In this document: positions 11,267-52,760 of the stretch, piece by piece
How the letters are laid out: every line of letters begins with the position of its first letter
Numbering within the stretch: position 1 is the first letter of the stretch
Source of the DNA: Octopus sinensis
Lineage: Eukaryota
DNA length: 64,000 nucleotides
NCBI RefSeq assembly: GCF_006345805.1
Contig: NC_043006.1
Coordinates: 30,318,001 to 30,382,000 of the forward strand
Direction of reading: 5' to 3'
Made by a program: the position numbers and the translations under genes
The notes under the pieces: generated by a model
What the model was told of the DNA's origin: nothing
The model's database searches: none
The model's input: only the letters and a program-made list of their open reading frames with translations

Positions 11267-14200
11267 ATGTTTCCTTTAAAAGGGGAAGTAGCAGGAATAA
11301 AAGCAACCATTCAGGTTGGACTCCACAATGAGGGGTCTTATCGGAATGTTCTGCTAAAGAACCTCCCTGTACCTGTACCTCTTGTCGCATTTAAGACCGC
11401 GGATTCTGCCACCCATGAAGTCATTGCCATTGGGGTGCCAGAAGACATGGCTGATCTTCAGGCTTTTGCTGCCAACTCAGCCAAAGACCTAGGCTGCGTT
11501 CCCCCAACGGGTGCTATCCGCCTTGGACGACCTGGCCCAAAACCTAGGCTCATCAAGTTGTCTTTTACGGACCCCACTGAGGCAACCTCTTACCATCTGG
11601 CCTCAGTTAAAGCTGGGCGGGAAAATCGGACCACCTTCCGAACACGCCCAGGCTTACCGTCCAATGTACGTCCGAAGCTACGTGTAGTGGCTTCCCTGAA
11701 TAGGAACTCAGCTCTACAGGAAAGCTTCAGTCTTCGGGAAGATGGACAAATCTGGAGATTTGTCAAGACTGCTGAAACGTGGAAGAGAGATACCAGCTGG
11801 TCTGAGTGCTCTCTACCCACAATAACTAAAAAGACTACAGCAACTCAGGGAAACTAAGCCAGAACAACCTGCCATCCTCTACACACCATCATAAACTGCG
11901 AGCAGGGTACAAATTGTTGTCCTTAAATGCTCGCAGTTTATGCAACAAAATACATTTGTTCAACGCCTACGTCAGAAGTGTTGACCCTGACTTCATCACT
12001 GTCACGGAAACATGGGTGCATTCCTTACTCTGTGATGGGGTTTTCAACATTACGGGGTACAACCTCTTCCGTAAGGACCGCACTAACCGCCGTGGTGGTG
12101 GTGTGATGGTCTACGTTCGTTCAAATTTTTTGGTAATTCCTTGTGCCGATTTGAACGAATCACAAGAAGAAGTTTTTTTCTGTGACGTGCGTATGACCAT
12201 GTCAACACTCCTGCTTGGCGTTGTTTATCGTCCCCCAAGTTACCATCGGGACACACAGCTTTGCAATGTCCTCCGAGCTGCTGCCAGGAAAACAGCCACT
12301 TATGTGTTTATTGCAGGCGATTTCAATCATCCTGAGATCGATTGGGAGACCTTCCATTGGCCACAGAGTGCAAACGATTTTGTTGAGCTTGTGCTGGACT
12401 CAAACTGGTCACAAGTAGTCACCTCTCCAACAAGAGGCGACAACACCTTGGACCTGCTCTTCACCACAACTCCTGAAGCGGTTATCAATTGCACTACAGA
12501 GGAACCTCTAGGTGACTCTGATCATGCTATGATCATCGCCAATCTGGCTCTTGCGGGCAACAAAAACCTGAACCATCTCCAATCTGCTTCCTTCGATTGG
12601 AAGAGAGCAGATTGGAACCTGTACCACACTGAACTACAGCACCCAAACTGGCGTGAATTCTACAACTCTGGAGATGTGAATACTATACTCCAGAGTATCC
12701 TGGACTCAATATGGGCAGCATGTGCAGCATCAGTGCCACGTAAACAAAAAAAGAAGAACCGCCCCAAAAGGGCAATTTGGGAAACTTCAGCGGTCCGACT
12801 TGCCAGGAGGGAACGTCGGACTGCTGAACGGGAATACAGGTTGCATAAATCAGACACCAACAGGAAGAAGCGGAATAAATCCTCCAACCATCTCAAGCAA
12901 GTGACAAAAAAAGCAGTGCTTGAATTTGAACAGTGCATAGCAGCCAATCCTGACAGCAAGGTTTTCTGGAAATATGTGCACTCAAAGCAGAGACCTCACT
13001 CTCCAGTGGGCCCTCTTCGCAACCCTCACACAAACCAGATCACTGACGACCCCAAGGAATGCGCAGAACTCATTGCCGAGTGCTATGCAAACATATTCAC
13101 TGTTGAAAGTCAAAATGTACCATCTTCACCATCACTAACAGCAAACTCCATAACAACTATGGAATTTACACCTGCAATGCTGCGACGTCACCTTCAAAAT
13201 AAGCGCAACTATGCCTCCCCTGGTCTCGATGGAGTTACATACCTGCTTCTCAAACGTGGCAGGCACTTCCTTTTACACCAGCTTTCTATTTTCTTCCAGT
13301 ACTGTCTCAACAATGGTGCTACTCCGGAGCAGTGGAAAACTGCCAGTGTCATTCCTCTGTTCAAAAAGGGCGACCGCACATCACCTGTCAACTATCGCCC
13401 AGTCAGTCTCACTAGCTGTATTGCAAAACTGATGGAATCGTGTGTCAGAGAAACACTCTGGAACTTCTGGAGCTCTCACAGTCTCATCCGACCCTCACAA
13501 TATGGATTTGTCCCTAACTCCAGCTGCAGTGACCAGCTTGTCGAGTTCCTTGAGGACATTACTCAGATTACTGACAGTGGCTCATGGGTGGATGTTGTCT
13601 ACCTTGACTTTGCTAAGGCTTTCAACTCTGTGCCACACAAAAGGCTTATGGTGAAACTCTCTGCAATGGGTGTGGGGGATGACCTTTTTAACTGGTTGAA
13701 ATCCTTCATCCTCAGCCGAAAGGAGGTAGTCACAGTTCTAGGACAGCACTCTACACCATATGAGATGTCATCGGGTGTACCACAGGGATCTGTCCTTGGC
13801 CCCCTCTTGTTTGTGGCATACATTAACGACATAGATGCCAATTTAAGGAATGCCACAGTATTGAAATATGCAGACGACATCAAGCTGTACCTTGAAATCA
13901 AGAGGACAGATCCTGATGTCTACAACTCTTTCCTGCAATCAGACCTAGACACAATGCAGCAATGGATCACAGACTGGCAACTGAAACTGGCTGTGGACAA
14001 GTGTACCACCATGCATTTTGGGAGAAAAAACCCTGCGTTCACATACTCCCTCCACAACACTGATATCAAGAAATCCTCTTGCGAGCGTGACCTAGGCATC
14101 ACTGTCAGCAGTGATCTGCGTTGGTCAAAGCATATCTCTAAGATTGTCAGGAAGGCCGAGGGTGTCTTGGCATCACTCAGCAGGTCTTTTGTTAGCCGCT

Positions 14201-14752
14201 CTCCAGCCATCTATTTAAAACTGTATACAGCTATGGTACGACCACACTTGGAATTCGCATCATCAGTTTGGAACCCCTATCTTGCACAGAACATTGACCT
14301 CCTGGAATCTGTCCAGAGACGTGCAACCAAACGCATACCCTCCATCAGACACCTACCATATTCTGAGCGCCTTGTTTCCCTGGGCATGGATTCACTGAAG
14401 CTCCGGCGTTTGGCGACGGACTTGGTAAACACCCACAAAGTTATCAACCACCTCACCAACAACACACTGAACACCTTTTTGATCTCCATGTGTCTAACAC
14501 ACGTGGACATGCCTACAAAGTCAGAAAACAATACAGCTCCCATGACTTTCGGAAACATTTTTTCACGCTCAGAGTTGCTGAAGCATGGAATAAACTGCCT
14601 GCGTCAGTTGTTGACTGCCATGACACTGCATCTTTTAAGGCCCTCATGCTTTCCGAAATCCGCCGAAACTTCACCTGATTATATATACACTTTAGATGAG
14701 TTGTAGTGCACCTGAGCACTGTACACAATTATTATTATTATTATTATTATTT
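11267..14752 (+). mobile_element. Near-intact CR1/L2-group LINE: 5'-truncated ORF1 (to 11857), ORF2 APE + RT (frame open 11830-14706), (ATT)n tail
   Basis: LNARSL, VTETW, VYRPP, GDFNHP, SDH, YLDFAKAF, GVPQGSVLGP and YADD motifs are intact. One late frameshift near 14465 moves the C-terminal TRGH..K..FF..RV segment to another frame. Tail at 14727-14752. Confidence 0.95.
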
Positions 14753-15199
14753 ATAAGTAATCTGTGGAAAACATATTTGATAGCTGACACATACTTACAT
14801 CTATAGGTCCAAATATTGCTATTTGCTTATGTGCAGTCACATGGCTGTACAAGAGACATGCTGTAGAAATCTATCAACCTCCACATTTATGTGATCCTAG
14901 ATACATATGTAAGTTATGTTTATATTTTCTTCTTTAAATTTCTGCAATAAAGAAAAGGCTAATCTCTAAGAAACAAGATCCTCTGTTGGAATTTAGACAA
15001 CACTAACAGAGAATAATTGTCTGTTGGTCATTACAGAAGTCTTTTACAGTCTGACTATATCAGTCATGTATGTAGACATCCAACAGAATTAGTTCTCAGT
15101 GTAACCGGGGGTGACAGGAAAACTTTTTTATTCATTTATATATTTGTTTGTTTGTTAGTCTAATTTATTTCATACAAAATACCTGGGCTGTTGCTATAT

Positions 15200-15660
15200 T
15201 GTGATAATTGCAAACAATATGTCTTTTCTTTCTTTCCATCACTTGTTTCATTGTTGGCAGCTGGTCTGGTTGGGGGCCCTGTGACAGGGCTTACATAGGG
15301 TTTGTGGTCTTTGCGTAACCCGTATAGTGTAGGAACATCATTGTTGGATGCTTGGAAATTGTGTGTCGTCCTTTTTATAGATTGGAGTATGTTGCACCAC
15401 ATTTCCATGTGTGCATTGAGGAGTTTTTCCACTCTTTCATGTTCTTGTGGTGTAACTTCTCTCATGCTACTGATGTGTTGTTGCATGGTCTGAACATAGT
15501 TCTGTGGGCTATCTATTGACAGTCTGCCAGACTTGTCCATAGGGAGGCACAATAATTCTTTGTTCCTAATCCGTTGTTTTAGTTTTTGTAGGCCTTTGTC
15601 AACAGATGAGCTGAGTTGGTGGGTCCCCACCTCACTATGTTTTTTAGTGGATTTGTTGTA
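15200..15660 (-). mobile_element. Penelope-like element RT fragment
   Basis: CLPMDKSGRLSI...TLYGLRKDHK...GPPTRP, typical of PLE reverse transcriptase N-terminal motifs. Confidence 0.7.
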
Positions 15661-15793
15661 TTGGTCTAATATATTAAGCAATGCTAATAATAAATAAAAA
15701 AACATAAAAATAAACAAACTTCTGACGGTTTTATAGATATTTCAAAATTATGATGTTCGGTGTTGCCATTATTTTGTCCAATCCCTGTATATA

Positions 15794-17116
15794 CGCAGAC
15801 ATGACAGAAGTAAATAGACACACCATAAAACATCGTTTTATGTTTATTTTAACTTGAAAAGGTTTGTATTTTTTATTAATGGAATTTTTTATGTTTCAGT
15901 TTCTATATGTGACTGTTTAACTCTTTGGGCCTGTAACACTGGTTTACCAGTAGATGGCTTATTTTTCTCTATACTGTAGTGGAGTGCCAGGTATATGGTA
16001 AAATAAGGTTCAGGAGGTCAGGGCTCAAAGGGTTAATCTTGCCACGTACAAAAGAACCCTGGAACTGTCCAAATTTCAAAGAGGCCGTATTGTGGGTCAA
16101 TCTGAAGGTGGATTTAGTGTAAAATTACAGAAAACCTAGGGATTCCACTTTCAACAGTCAATAGGGTGATTGTGCAATTCAACAGAGAAGGGAAGAAGTC
16201 CACATCACCTTGCCCTGGTCGACCAGGACTGTTTGCTTTGTCAAATGAAGTGTAGAGGATAATCCTCATTGCAAGGCCTCTGACAAAGCAGAACAAGTTG
16301 ATGTCAGTCTCAGAACAGCTGTCAGGTATCTCCACAAAATTGGCTATTATGGCAGAGCAGCAAGAAGGAAACCACTCCTTCAACCAGCCAATATCAAACA
16401 AACAAAAGATTGGGCCAGTGAGATGAGATGATGAAGTGACCACCAGCATTTTGGGACACTGTCATATTCTCCAAAGAGTCCAGATTTGCTGTATTTCCTG
16501 ACAGTGGTCGAGTGTGGGTCTGGAGACTGTGTTCAAGAATTTGACATGAAAAGGTTGCTGCCAACAATGAAACAAGGCAGCTATTCTGTGATTGTCTGGG
16601 GAACAATTTGGAGCAATGGTCAATCAGAGCTGGTGGAATGTGAGGGGAAACATAAACTCAGATATTACAGAAAGGACTCCTTCCAATCTCCAATGGTAAA
16701 ATGATTAAAGAAGGCTCTTTATTTATGGAAGACTGGGGCTCCTTGTCACATGGCTTAAAAAGACCAAAGATTGGTTGGAAAAGAATGGCATTAAAAAACT
16801 TCCATGGCCAAGCCAGTCACCAGATATGAACCCTATTGAACACCTCTGGGGCATAATGGACAAGACACTTCATAAAATGAACAAGAAAGCATCCTCAAAG
16901 CTGAATCTTTTGAGATTACTGCATGAAACTTGGCAAGAAATTCCCCAAGAGAAATTTGTCATCTGATTAGTAACATGCCTCATAGGATCCTAGTATTGAA
17001 AAATGTAAAGGGCGCATCTACTAAATATTAGATATTCACATTATAATGATTAATAAATAATTTGAATATATAATTTTAGATTTAAAGGGTGTCTATTTAC
17101 TTCTGTCACACCAGTG
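15794..17116 (+). mobile_element. Tc1-like DNA transposon, degraded
   Basis: TIR core TGACAGAAGTAAATAGACAC at both ends with TA flanks; WPSQSPDMNPIEHLW motif. Confidence 0.88.
15921..16032. mobile_element. TTAA-flanked (piggyBac-like) MITE nested in the Tc1 element
   Basis: ttaa-CTCTTTGGGCC ... GGCTCAAAGGG-ttaa. Confidence 0.6.
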
Positions 17117-17139
17117 TATATATATATGTGTGTGTGTGT

Positions 17140-18002
17140 GGAGGTACCCAAAAGTAACTGGAAACGTTCTCTGTTGGACAAGCCTGTTGTAGTTTGGGCT
17201 TCCACTGCTAGAAACCATTTGATGCGACCCTCAGGCTTCAGTCCGCTAACCATCATCCTGTCACGTGGTGCGTCTTAGTTTTGCAATGCTTCTTCCCAGT
17301 TTATCAATGTTTGTGATGGCTGAAATGAAAGGACAGCATGCTTCCATGAAATTCTGTTTTCTGCTGGGGAAACAGTTGTCATACTTCAAACAGCTTACAA
17401 GGATGCTGCTATGAGCAAAATGCAAGTTTACAAGTGGCTTTCAAACTTTAGGAATGGTCACTTGTCACTTAAAGACTAGCCTTGTTCAGGGTGGCCATCA
17501 ACCTCCCAAACAAATGAAAACATCATGAAAATTCATGAACTGGTCTTAGAGGACCGTCATCAAACAAGTGACGAATTTGTTATATGGCTGGTGAGTCCTG
17601 GAGCCCCCATCAATGAATTTTGAGGGAAGAATTGTGACTGAAAAGAGTTGCAGCAAAATTTATGCCTTGCTTGCTCACAGAGGATCAAAAACAGTCATGA
17701 CTGAATGTATGTCGTGAACTGAAAAAACAGTTGCAAGTTGTTTCAGACCTTTTTTGGATGGTTATCACTGGTGCCAAAAGCTGGTGTTATGGAATTTGCG
17801 GATGTGGAAGAGATGAAGAAAAAATAACAGAGGCGTTAAAAGGCACCACTCTGCAAGAGTTCCAGCACTGCTTCGAATGGTGGAAAACATGTCTGAATTG
17901 ATGTATTGCTTCAAATGGTGAATTCTTTGGAGGTGATAGAAGTGTAAACATGTAAAATTAAGTGAATAAAATAATATTACAAAACTCTGGTTTCTTTTGA
18001 GT
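17140..18002 (+). mobile_element. Mariner-like element, internally deleted
   Basis: Ends tacccaaaagtaactgga / ctggtttcttttgagta; HTH segment KFCFLLGK..TAYKDAAMSKMQVYKW..F and a VITG..SWCYG remnant. Confidence 0.75.
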
Positions 18003-18092
18003 ATATAAATATATATGCATATAGATGCGTGTGTTTACATATGCATATGTAAACTCTAATGCATGTAGAAATAGCCAACCAGTCTTGATGTA

Positions 18093-18475
18093 CATCATCA
18101 TCATCGTCTGTTTTCCGCGCTAGCACGGGTTGGACGGTTCGACCGGGGTCTGGGAAGCCAGGAGCTGCATCAGGCTCCAGTCTGATCTGGCAGAGTTTCT
18201 ACAGCTGGATGCCCTTCCTAACGCCAACCACTCCGCGAGTGTAGTGGGTGCTTTTTACGTGCCACCTGCACAGGTGCCAGGGGGGTCCGGCATCGGCCAC
18301 GATTGGTTGGAGCTTTTAACGTGCCACCGGCACGGAAGCCAGCCAAGGCGGCGCTGGCAATGGCCAGGTTCGGATGGTGCTTTTTATGTGCCACCGGCAC
18401 AGAAGCCAGTCAGGGCGGCGCTGGCATCGGCCCACTTATCTTATCGGCGGCGCTGGCATCGGTACACTTATCTTA
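18093..18475 (-). repeat. RTE-LINE 3' end / derived SINE with internal ~65-bp minisatellite and (GAT)n tail
   Basis: Shares catgctggcatgggttggac / ggatgcccttcctaacgccaaccac with dozens of copies in the window. Confidence 0.8.
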
Positions 18476-20269
18476 ATAAATGAGTCAACCAGGGACCTCT
18501 ATCTGCTAGGAATAGCAGCCAAATCTAACATAAATTATACCCCACCATCTTAAAAAAAGGAAAGCTACATCAGACAATGAAATCTTAAACGACTAAATGT
18601 TCAAAGTTTGAGGTTTGCTTGGTTAGGGTCAAGTGGAGACTAAGGAATAATAATGGTTTCAAATTTTGGCACAAGGCCAGCGAGTTGAGGGAGACGGGGT
18701 AAGTCAATTATGTTGCTCCCACTGCTCAACTGGTATTCTTATTTCATTGACACCCCCCACCCCCGAGGTCAACCTCGGCGGCATTTCAACTCAGAATGTA
18801 AAGACAGACGAAATGCTTGGCAGCATTTTGTCTGGCTTCGCTAACAATTCTGCCAGTACATCACTTGCAGCAACAACAATAACAAACATAGAAAACGTAG
18901 AACAAACTCAGATTATTTTGCATCAACCATTCTTTATTATTCTGTTGTAAAAGAAAACAATTGGTATGTTTGACAGAATCGATCCTAATGTATGACTGGT
19001 ATTTAATATAAGGTTTCTATTTTGAATATAGAAGATATAAAGTTAAAAATACTCAGGAGAGAAGAAAATTGAATCTACCTCAGTTTGGAACTGGAGCCTA
19101 TTTACTCCTCAAAGAAATGACTTCCAGTTCCTTTCTAAAATATTTGTCTTCCTTCTTACTAAATATGTTTTAATTGCTATTTTACATTTCCTTTATTGTT
19201 GCAAGATAAAGTCAGAACAGGTCAAGCCTCTGGTACTTTATGTCTTGCTCTTTCCCCCTATTTAAGTACTATGTTTTGGACAAACATTTAGATATCTGTT
19301 CTTGAATTTTTCTCAAACCCAAAACTTTGAGCAAATTGAAACCATTAATGTTTCAATTATTGCTGAATATACAGAAAGGAAATAAGCACTTGAGGCTTAG
19401 AGCTACCAATTACATCAATTATTCCTGAATTGAATGGGAAATTTCCTCTGTAATTTCAGTGCTGTATTTGTGAAGTTAAGTTTTCATAAATAGTTCTAAT
19501 GACATATTATACAATAGTTTTTTTTTAAAAAAAGGAAAAGGAAAAAAGATGTTCTGTTAGTAATAATCTGTTGAATTGTTCAGATGCTCTGTGATTATGA
19601 TGATGATGATGATGGTCACTCATCATTTGATGTTTGTTTGTGTTGACACCTTTATTGTTACCAAACCATTGAGGAGATCAATAAGAATTACAAATTAAAT
19701 CAAAACAAAGATTTCTTAAACAAATATAAAGTCTTTTTGTAGAGCAATAAGATAACTGTAAGAAAGCTTGAAAACTTAGTTGTAAATAAGACAAAAGCTT
19801 CTAGTTGTTTACCTTTGAGATTATTTCTATTTCTGAAAATAATATCAGTCAAAGAAAGAATTCTGTCAACTCTGTTTATTGAAGCATCTTTTAGAATATA
19901 AAAAAAAACGTTTGATTGACATCAGTGTCTCAGAGAATGGTTTTATTTGAGTCCAACAAACCTCATAACAAGATAGTAATTTCATCATCCAGAAACCTGA
20001 ATAAAAACAGAATCAGTAAATACTATGAACACAGAATTTATGGGATATTTATGATTCTATTTATAAGGCAGGACATATTTCTTAGAAAGTTTGTGAATAA
20101 TATTTGAAGCAGCTGAAATTTATTTTATATCACAATTGGTGAAGAGGAGCATCATTGGTTCCAGATTTCCAAAAATTCAATCACTGGTTCACATGATTCC
20201 AGGAAAATTAAGAGCTTTGTTTTACCAACACATGACATCAATAAACAAATTTGGTTCCGTTTTTGCAAT

Positions 20270-47828
<27,559 letters not shown>

Positions 47829-48057
47829 CAGCCGGGTGAAGTCAATAGCAGCACATTGTAGCCACGTTATGGCAACGGACAAAGTGGTTCACTTTAAAAT
47901 TGTTATAAGGAATAACTGGATTTATTTTATTTTATTATTGATTGATAAAATATTTCTAACTCAATCTTTGTTAATTGAAAAATATTTTTTAAAATATTGA
48001 TTAATTAATTTTTCTCTGGGTTCGAGGAAGTTGAATTGTGGGTAATACACCAACATC
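47829..48057. promoter_or_regulatory. Bidirectional promoter / 5' UTR region shared by GARS1 and OSGEPL1
   Basis: 229 bp separate the divergent ATGs, with a very AT-rich core at about 47890-48010. The TSSs are not visible from sequence. Confidence 0.75.
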
Positions 48058-48368
48058 ATGGCAGCGACCATATGTCCGATGTTGCATCGTGTCCGGTGTT
48101 TTCTTGTTTACAAACAATGCTTGCATTTACGATACAGCATTGGAAGAGATTATAGTTGCCGATCCAGATCCTTATACCATAATAAACCAACAATCTCACA
48201 TTACTCTAGTTTTCGACCTTTCCATCCACTTGGCGAATATACAGGAAGTAAACGACTGCTTGTTCTGGGCCTGGAAACAAGTTGTGATGACACGGGGGCC
48301 GCCGTGGTCGACAACCTGGGCCACGTTTGGGGTGAAGCCCTTCACTCACAAACTAGTACTCATATCGA
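48058..48368 (+). CDS. OSGEPL1: Mitochondrial tRNA N6-adenosine threonylcarbamoyltransferase (TsaD/Qri7 family), exon 1
   Basis: An Arg-rich presequence-like N-terminus precedes LVLGLETSCDDTGAAVVD...GEALHSQ. The donor is ga|gtaagt at 48369. Confidence 0.93.
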
Positions 48369-49745
48369 GTAAGTACTCTAGTTGCTGCATGGTCAGTATA
48401 ATAATATTTATTTTTATTAGTACTAAACAATCCGACCGTTACAACCTAAACACACGGTTAATATAGTTTTTGGTATTTCGAGGTCTTTCTAGGTTAAATA
48501 CTTTGATGGAAAATAAAGTGTGATAGGTCACGGCTCTTTATCTTCTTTTTTTATATGCAACGTTTGGCGATATGAAAGAAAAAATAGTCTAACCAGCCTA
48601 TTATTCTTTTGTTAGCTGTTATTTTTATAATCGAAAGCTCACAAAAAATATCAAAATAAAATAAATCAACTCCGTTTTATGGTTAGTGCCTTTATTATTG
48701 ATTGCTGATTATTGACAATTTTATGTTTGTATGCCCTTTACTTTCAGTCAATGCAGTTTGTTCCTTTTAGCCTTCAATTATGTACAATGTTTGAAACATC
48801 ACCGAACAAATTCTGGGAGAATCTTGTTAAACATTTCTATTTTAATAATGTCCTTGACCTTCGCTCCAACGTAACGTTAAACAAAATCGAAGTAAGGAAA
48901 TGAATTATCAGGTTACGAAAAGGTCTGGCGCTCGATTCAAAATAATTGACACTTATGCTATTATAACAATCAGTTTAGCATCAACCTTTTTGGACGTAGA
49001 CCTGTTATTTGGGGGATGTGTTTGCTTTTCTTTTCTTTTCTTTTTTTTTCAACGTTTATTTCCCTTCAACTAAATTTTGCTTAAATGTTATCGTCCTGAA
49101 GGATCGCCTTCGAAAAATGTAAACACCGAACACGGCAGTTTCCGTGGCCACGTGTTTTCTTGTCAACTGTCACTTGACATATGGACATGGGAAGAGAAAG
49201 TTAATGGCTTGTGCGTGCTTGTTCCGCTGGGGGTCTGTGCCTTTTCTGTTTTTATGTATTTTCATAAAATGCGTTATACTGTTTAATTTAAACTTCAAAA
49301 AAGTTTTTTTATGAATTTCATAAAATGCATTGTATAGTCTCTCCTTTTCTCCGTGCATGTCACAATATTTCTGCTCTTTAGTGGTTAAAACAAAAAACCA
49401 CATGGATACAATAACTGATACGGCGTTCTCTTTTTTTGTTTTCTGCTTGAAAATTTACGGATTTTACATAGAAACATAAAGCAGGTAGGAATAGATATAC
49501 AAGGCTTTTTCCTTCAGTTTTTAAAATGCGACATTGTTGGCATAATTTCATTATATCTACAGACCACAACACAAATACATAAAAACAGAACAGGCACACA
49601 CAGAGGAACAACCACGCAGGACTCATATGGCACTGGATTCAATTGCCACTTGATCTTTATGCCAAATCTAGAAGTGGAGATAATCTTAAATCAAGAATTT
49701 ATGTTGTACGTTATATGATATACCTGTGTTCGTCTGATTATGCAT

Positions 49746-49776
<31 letters not shown>

Positions 49777-52029
49777 ATCATCGAATTAACGTCCACTTTC
49801 CCATGCTTGCATAGGGCAAACAGAATTTGTTGAGGCAGATTTTCTATCACCAGATGTCCTTCCTGTCGTCAACCTCCGCCTGTTTCCAAGTAAGCTAACA
49901 TTTCCCTCATAGCCAGAAACGAATGGTAGTACTTGCACGACGGTGACACTCGTTTACAAGTACTGCATGATATAAAGACAAGTACACAGCAACACACACA
50001 CAATGGGCTTCTTTCTATTTCCATCTACCAAATCCACTTACAAGGCTTTGGTCAGCTCTGGTGTATAGTATAAGACACTTGCCCAAGCTGCCATGAAGTG
50101 AGAATGAATCGGAAACCATGTTGATGGGAAACAGACTATATGTGTGTGTCTCACTCTCCTCTCTGTCTCTCCCTCTGCTTATTTCTCATCTGACTATAAT
50201 TGCATACTGCTGCTCCCCATCCTTCCTATAATATCATTTATCACCTCCTTCCTGAATTACGTTTATTTCTTTCTCTCCCCACCCCACTACTAATTATGGA
50301 GGGAATGCGTGGAAGGTGTAGACCCAGGAAGATGTGGGACAAAATAGTGAGAAAGGATCTTCAGAGGAGATGACAAAAGACTGAGACTGCTGGCACATTG
50401 CTGTGTTTGAGCTGTTCATGCATACAGGTATGTCCTCTATGTCCCTCTCTCAGCTGAGAGGTCTTTCCCCTGAAGGCTTGCAGGTACTGCCGTCACATAA
50501 AAAGCACTTGTGTTAGTATCATGTAAGAAGTACCTGTGCTGATGCCACATAAAAGCATCCATGCAAAATGAGAGTGCCCATGCTGGTGCTATATAAAAAG
50601 CACCCAGTACACTCTGTGAAGTGGTTGGTGTTGGGAAGGGCATCCAGACAAAATAGACCATTGGAATCTGTCACGCCATCCAACCCATGCCAGCATGGAA
50701 AGCGAATGTCAAATAATGATGTTGATGGTATTTACCATCCACCACATATTTGGCCTCTTTCAACATTCTCTGCATTCATCTGTAACCACTAGTCACTCAC
50801 CTCTCATACTCCTCTGAACTTCCCACCATCCTTCCTCATTCACTGTCGCTATTCTATGACTGAGCTTCTTGTACTTTGAGGATACGTCGTGACTCCTTGT
50901 CACCATCATCCTTAACTCTCTTTCCAGCTACTCCCACCAACCCTTATATAATAATAATATGTGTGTACATATATCTGTCATCATCATCATTATCGTTAAT
51001 ATCCGCTTTCCATGCTGGCATAGTTTGGACAATTCGACAGGAGCTGGCCAGCCTCCAATTATCTGTGTTGGGATGGTTTCTATGACTGGATGCCTTTCCT
51101 AATGCCACCCACATTGCAGAATGTACTGGGTGCTTTTTATGTGGCACCAGCATCTGTATATAAGTATTACAGAATTATAATATAAACAGGCAATTATATA
51201 TATATATCATCATTTAATGTCCATTTTCCATGCTGGCATGTGTTAGATAGCTTGACTGGAACTGGTAAGCCAGAGAACTGTACCAGGCTCCAGTCTGATT
51301 TTGGTTTGGTTTCTACAGCTGGATGACCTTCCTAACACCAACCACTCCAAGAATGTAGTGGGTACCTTTTATGTGTCACAAGTGCCCAGCACTGTCCACA
51401 ACTACGATTTCACTTGCCTGACAAATCTTCTCAAACGTGTTGCATTGTGACAAGAGTTATAAATCCTAAAGAAAAAAAAGAAAGAAAGCTGGTCTGTTTA
51501 TACTTTTATTCTGTTATACTTGTATGTACTCAATTCATAGACCACCTATTGCCAGTTGTGTTTATGCTTCATCATCATCATCATCGTTTAACATCCGTTT
51601 TCTATGCTGGTGTGAATCAGAGGGTTTGACATGGAGCTGGGTAGCAGGGAGCTTTCTAAACTCCAACTGTCTATTGAGGTATGGTTCCTTTGGCTGGATA
51701 CCCTTCCTCTCACCAACCACTTAACAGAGTGTGCTGGGTGCTTGTATATTTATAGAGATTTATGTACAGGGTATCCTAAACAATGTATATGCACTTCAAC
51801 AGCTGATTACTCAATTTTCTTTTCATTTTAGATTTAACCCATTAGAAATAATTATTCTACTAAAGGCAGAAGGCCTGAAATTTTGGCGGAGGGGACTAGT
51901 CGATTACATCACCCCTTTTACTTGGCTGGTATTATATTTATCCACCCCAAAAAAGATGAAAGACAAAGTCAACCTAGGTGGAATTTGAACTCAAAACATA
52001 AAGAAATATTGCTAAGCATTTTGTCTGGC

Positions 52030-52760
52030 ATAACCCATTAGAAATGATGAAGAGGGCCGGGCTAAATTTTGCACCAAGAAAATTATCCTAAAGTGCTTCT
52101 GAAAGTTTGAAAATGCAGTCAAAGTGCAAAGACAGACTAAGAGGGAAGTTTAGACAGATCCATCTCTGTGACTTCTCACTCAAATCACAGATAAGTTAGC
52201 AACAGACAGAACTGGTCAGATTGTCCACAAGAACTGTTTCAGAAGATGGTGAACATCAATGAGCCCCACAAAGCAAGAAAGTTTGGGTAGCATTGAGTCA
52301 TGGGACAGGAATTCCAAAATCAAGTGTCTGTCACATTTTCAAGCATCCAGACTGAAGACTTTTGGTAATTGGCCAGATGTGTAGAAGATGCACACTTTCC
52401 AACAAAGATACTTTGGAGTGATGAGACTACATTTAAATTAGATTGTCTAACCACCTCAGTTGCACTTAGTGAGGACCTGAGAATCTGCATATTATGAGGA
52501 ACATCATGTTAATTACCAGTAGTTAGGGTATGGTGCAGGATTTACTGGACCATTCTTTTTTTATGGTAAACTGGTCCCATTTACTTGAACTTGCTGTGAC
52601 AATCTGTCATGCTAAGCATTCAGGAAGACTTTGAAGATATGGAATTATATTTTCAGCTGGATGGGGCACTACCACAGTAATGTAAGGACCTACTTTGATG
52701 AGATGTTGCCAAACAGGTGGATTGGACAAAAAAGTTCAGTAGAACACCCTCCGCATTCAC
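52030..52760 (+). mobile_element. Degraded Tc1/mariner-superfamily transposase
   Basis: WSDET.FKL, GPFFF, YFQLDGA.PH and DEMLPNRWIG..SVE.PP.SP remnants. Confidence 0.65.

Noticed and set aside
14762-14941. Minus-strand exon with good AG (14942) and GTAAGT (14798) plus a second AG at 14762
   Set aside because: All three frames are closed and the implied second intron would be only 37 nt. It cannot be supported without RNA data.
47860-47880. RFX X-box (gttatggcaac) in the shared promoter
   Set aside because: Only a half-site matches the consensus.
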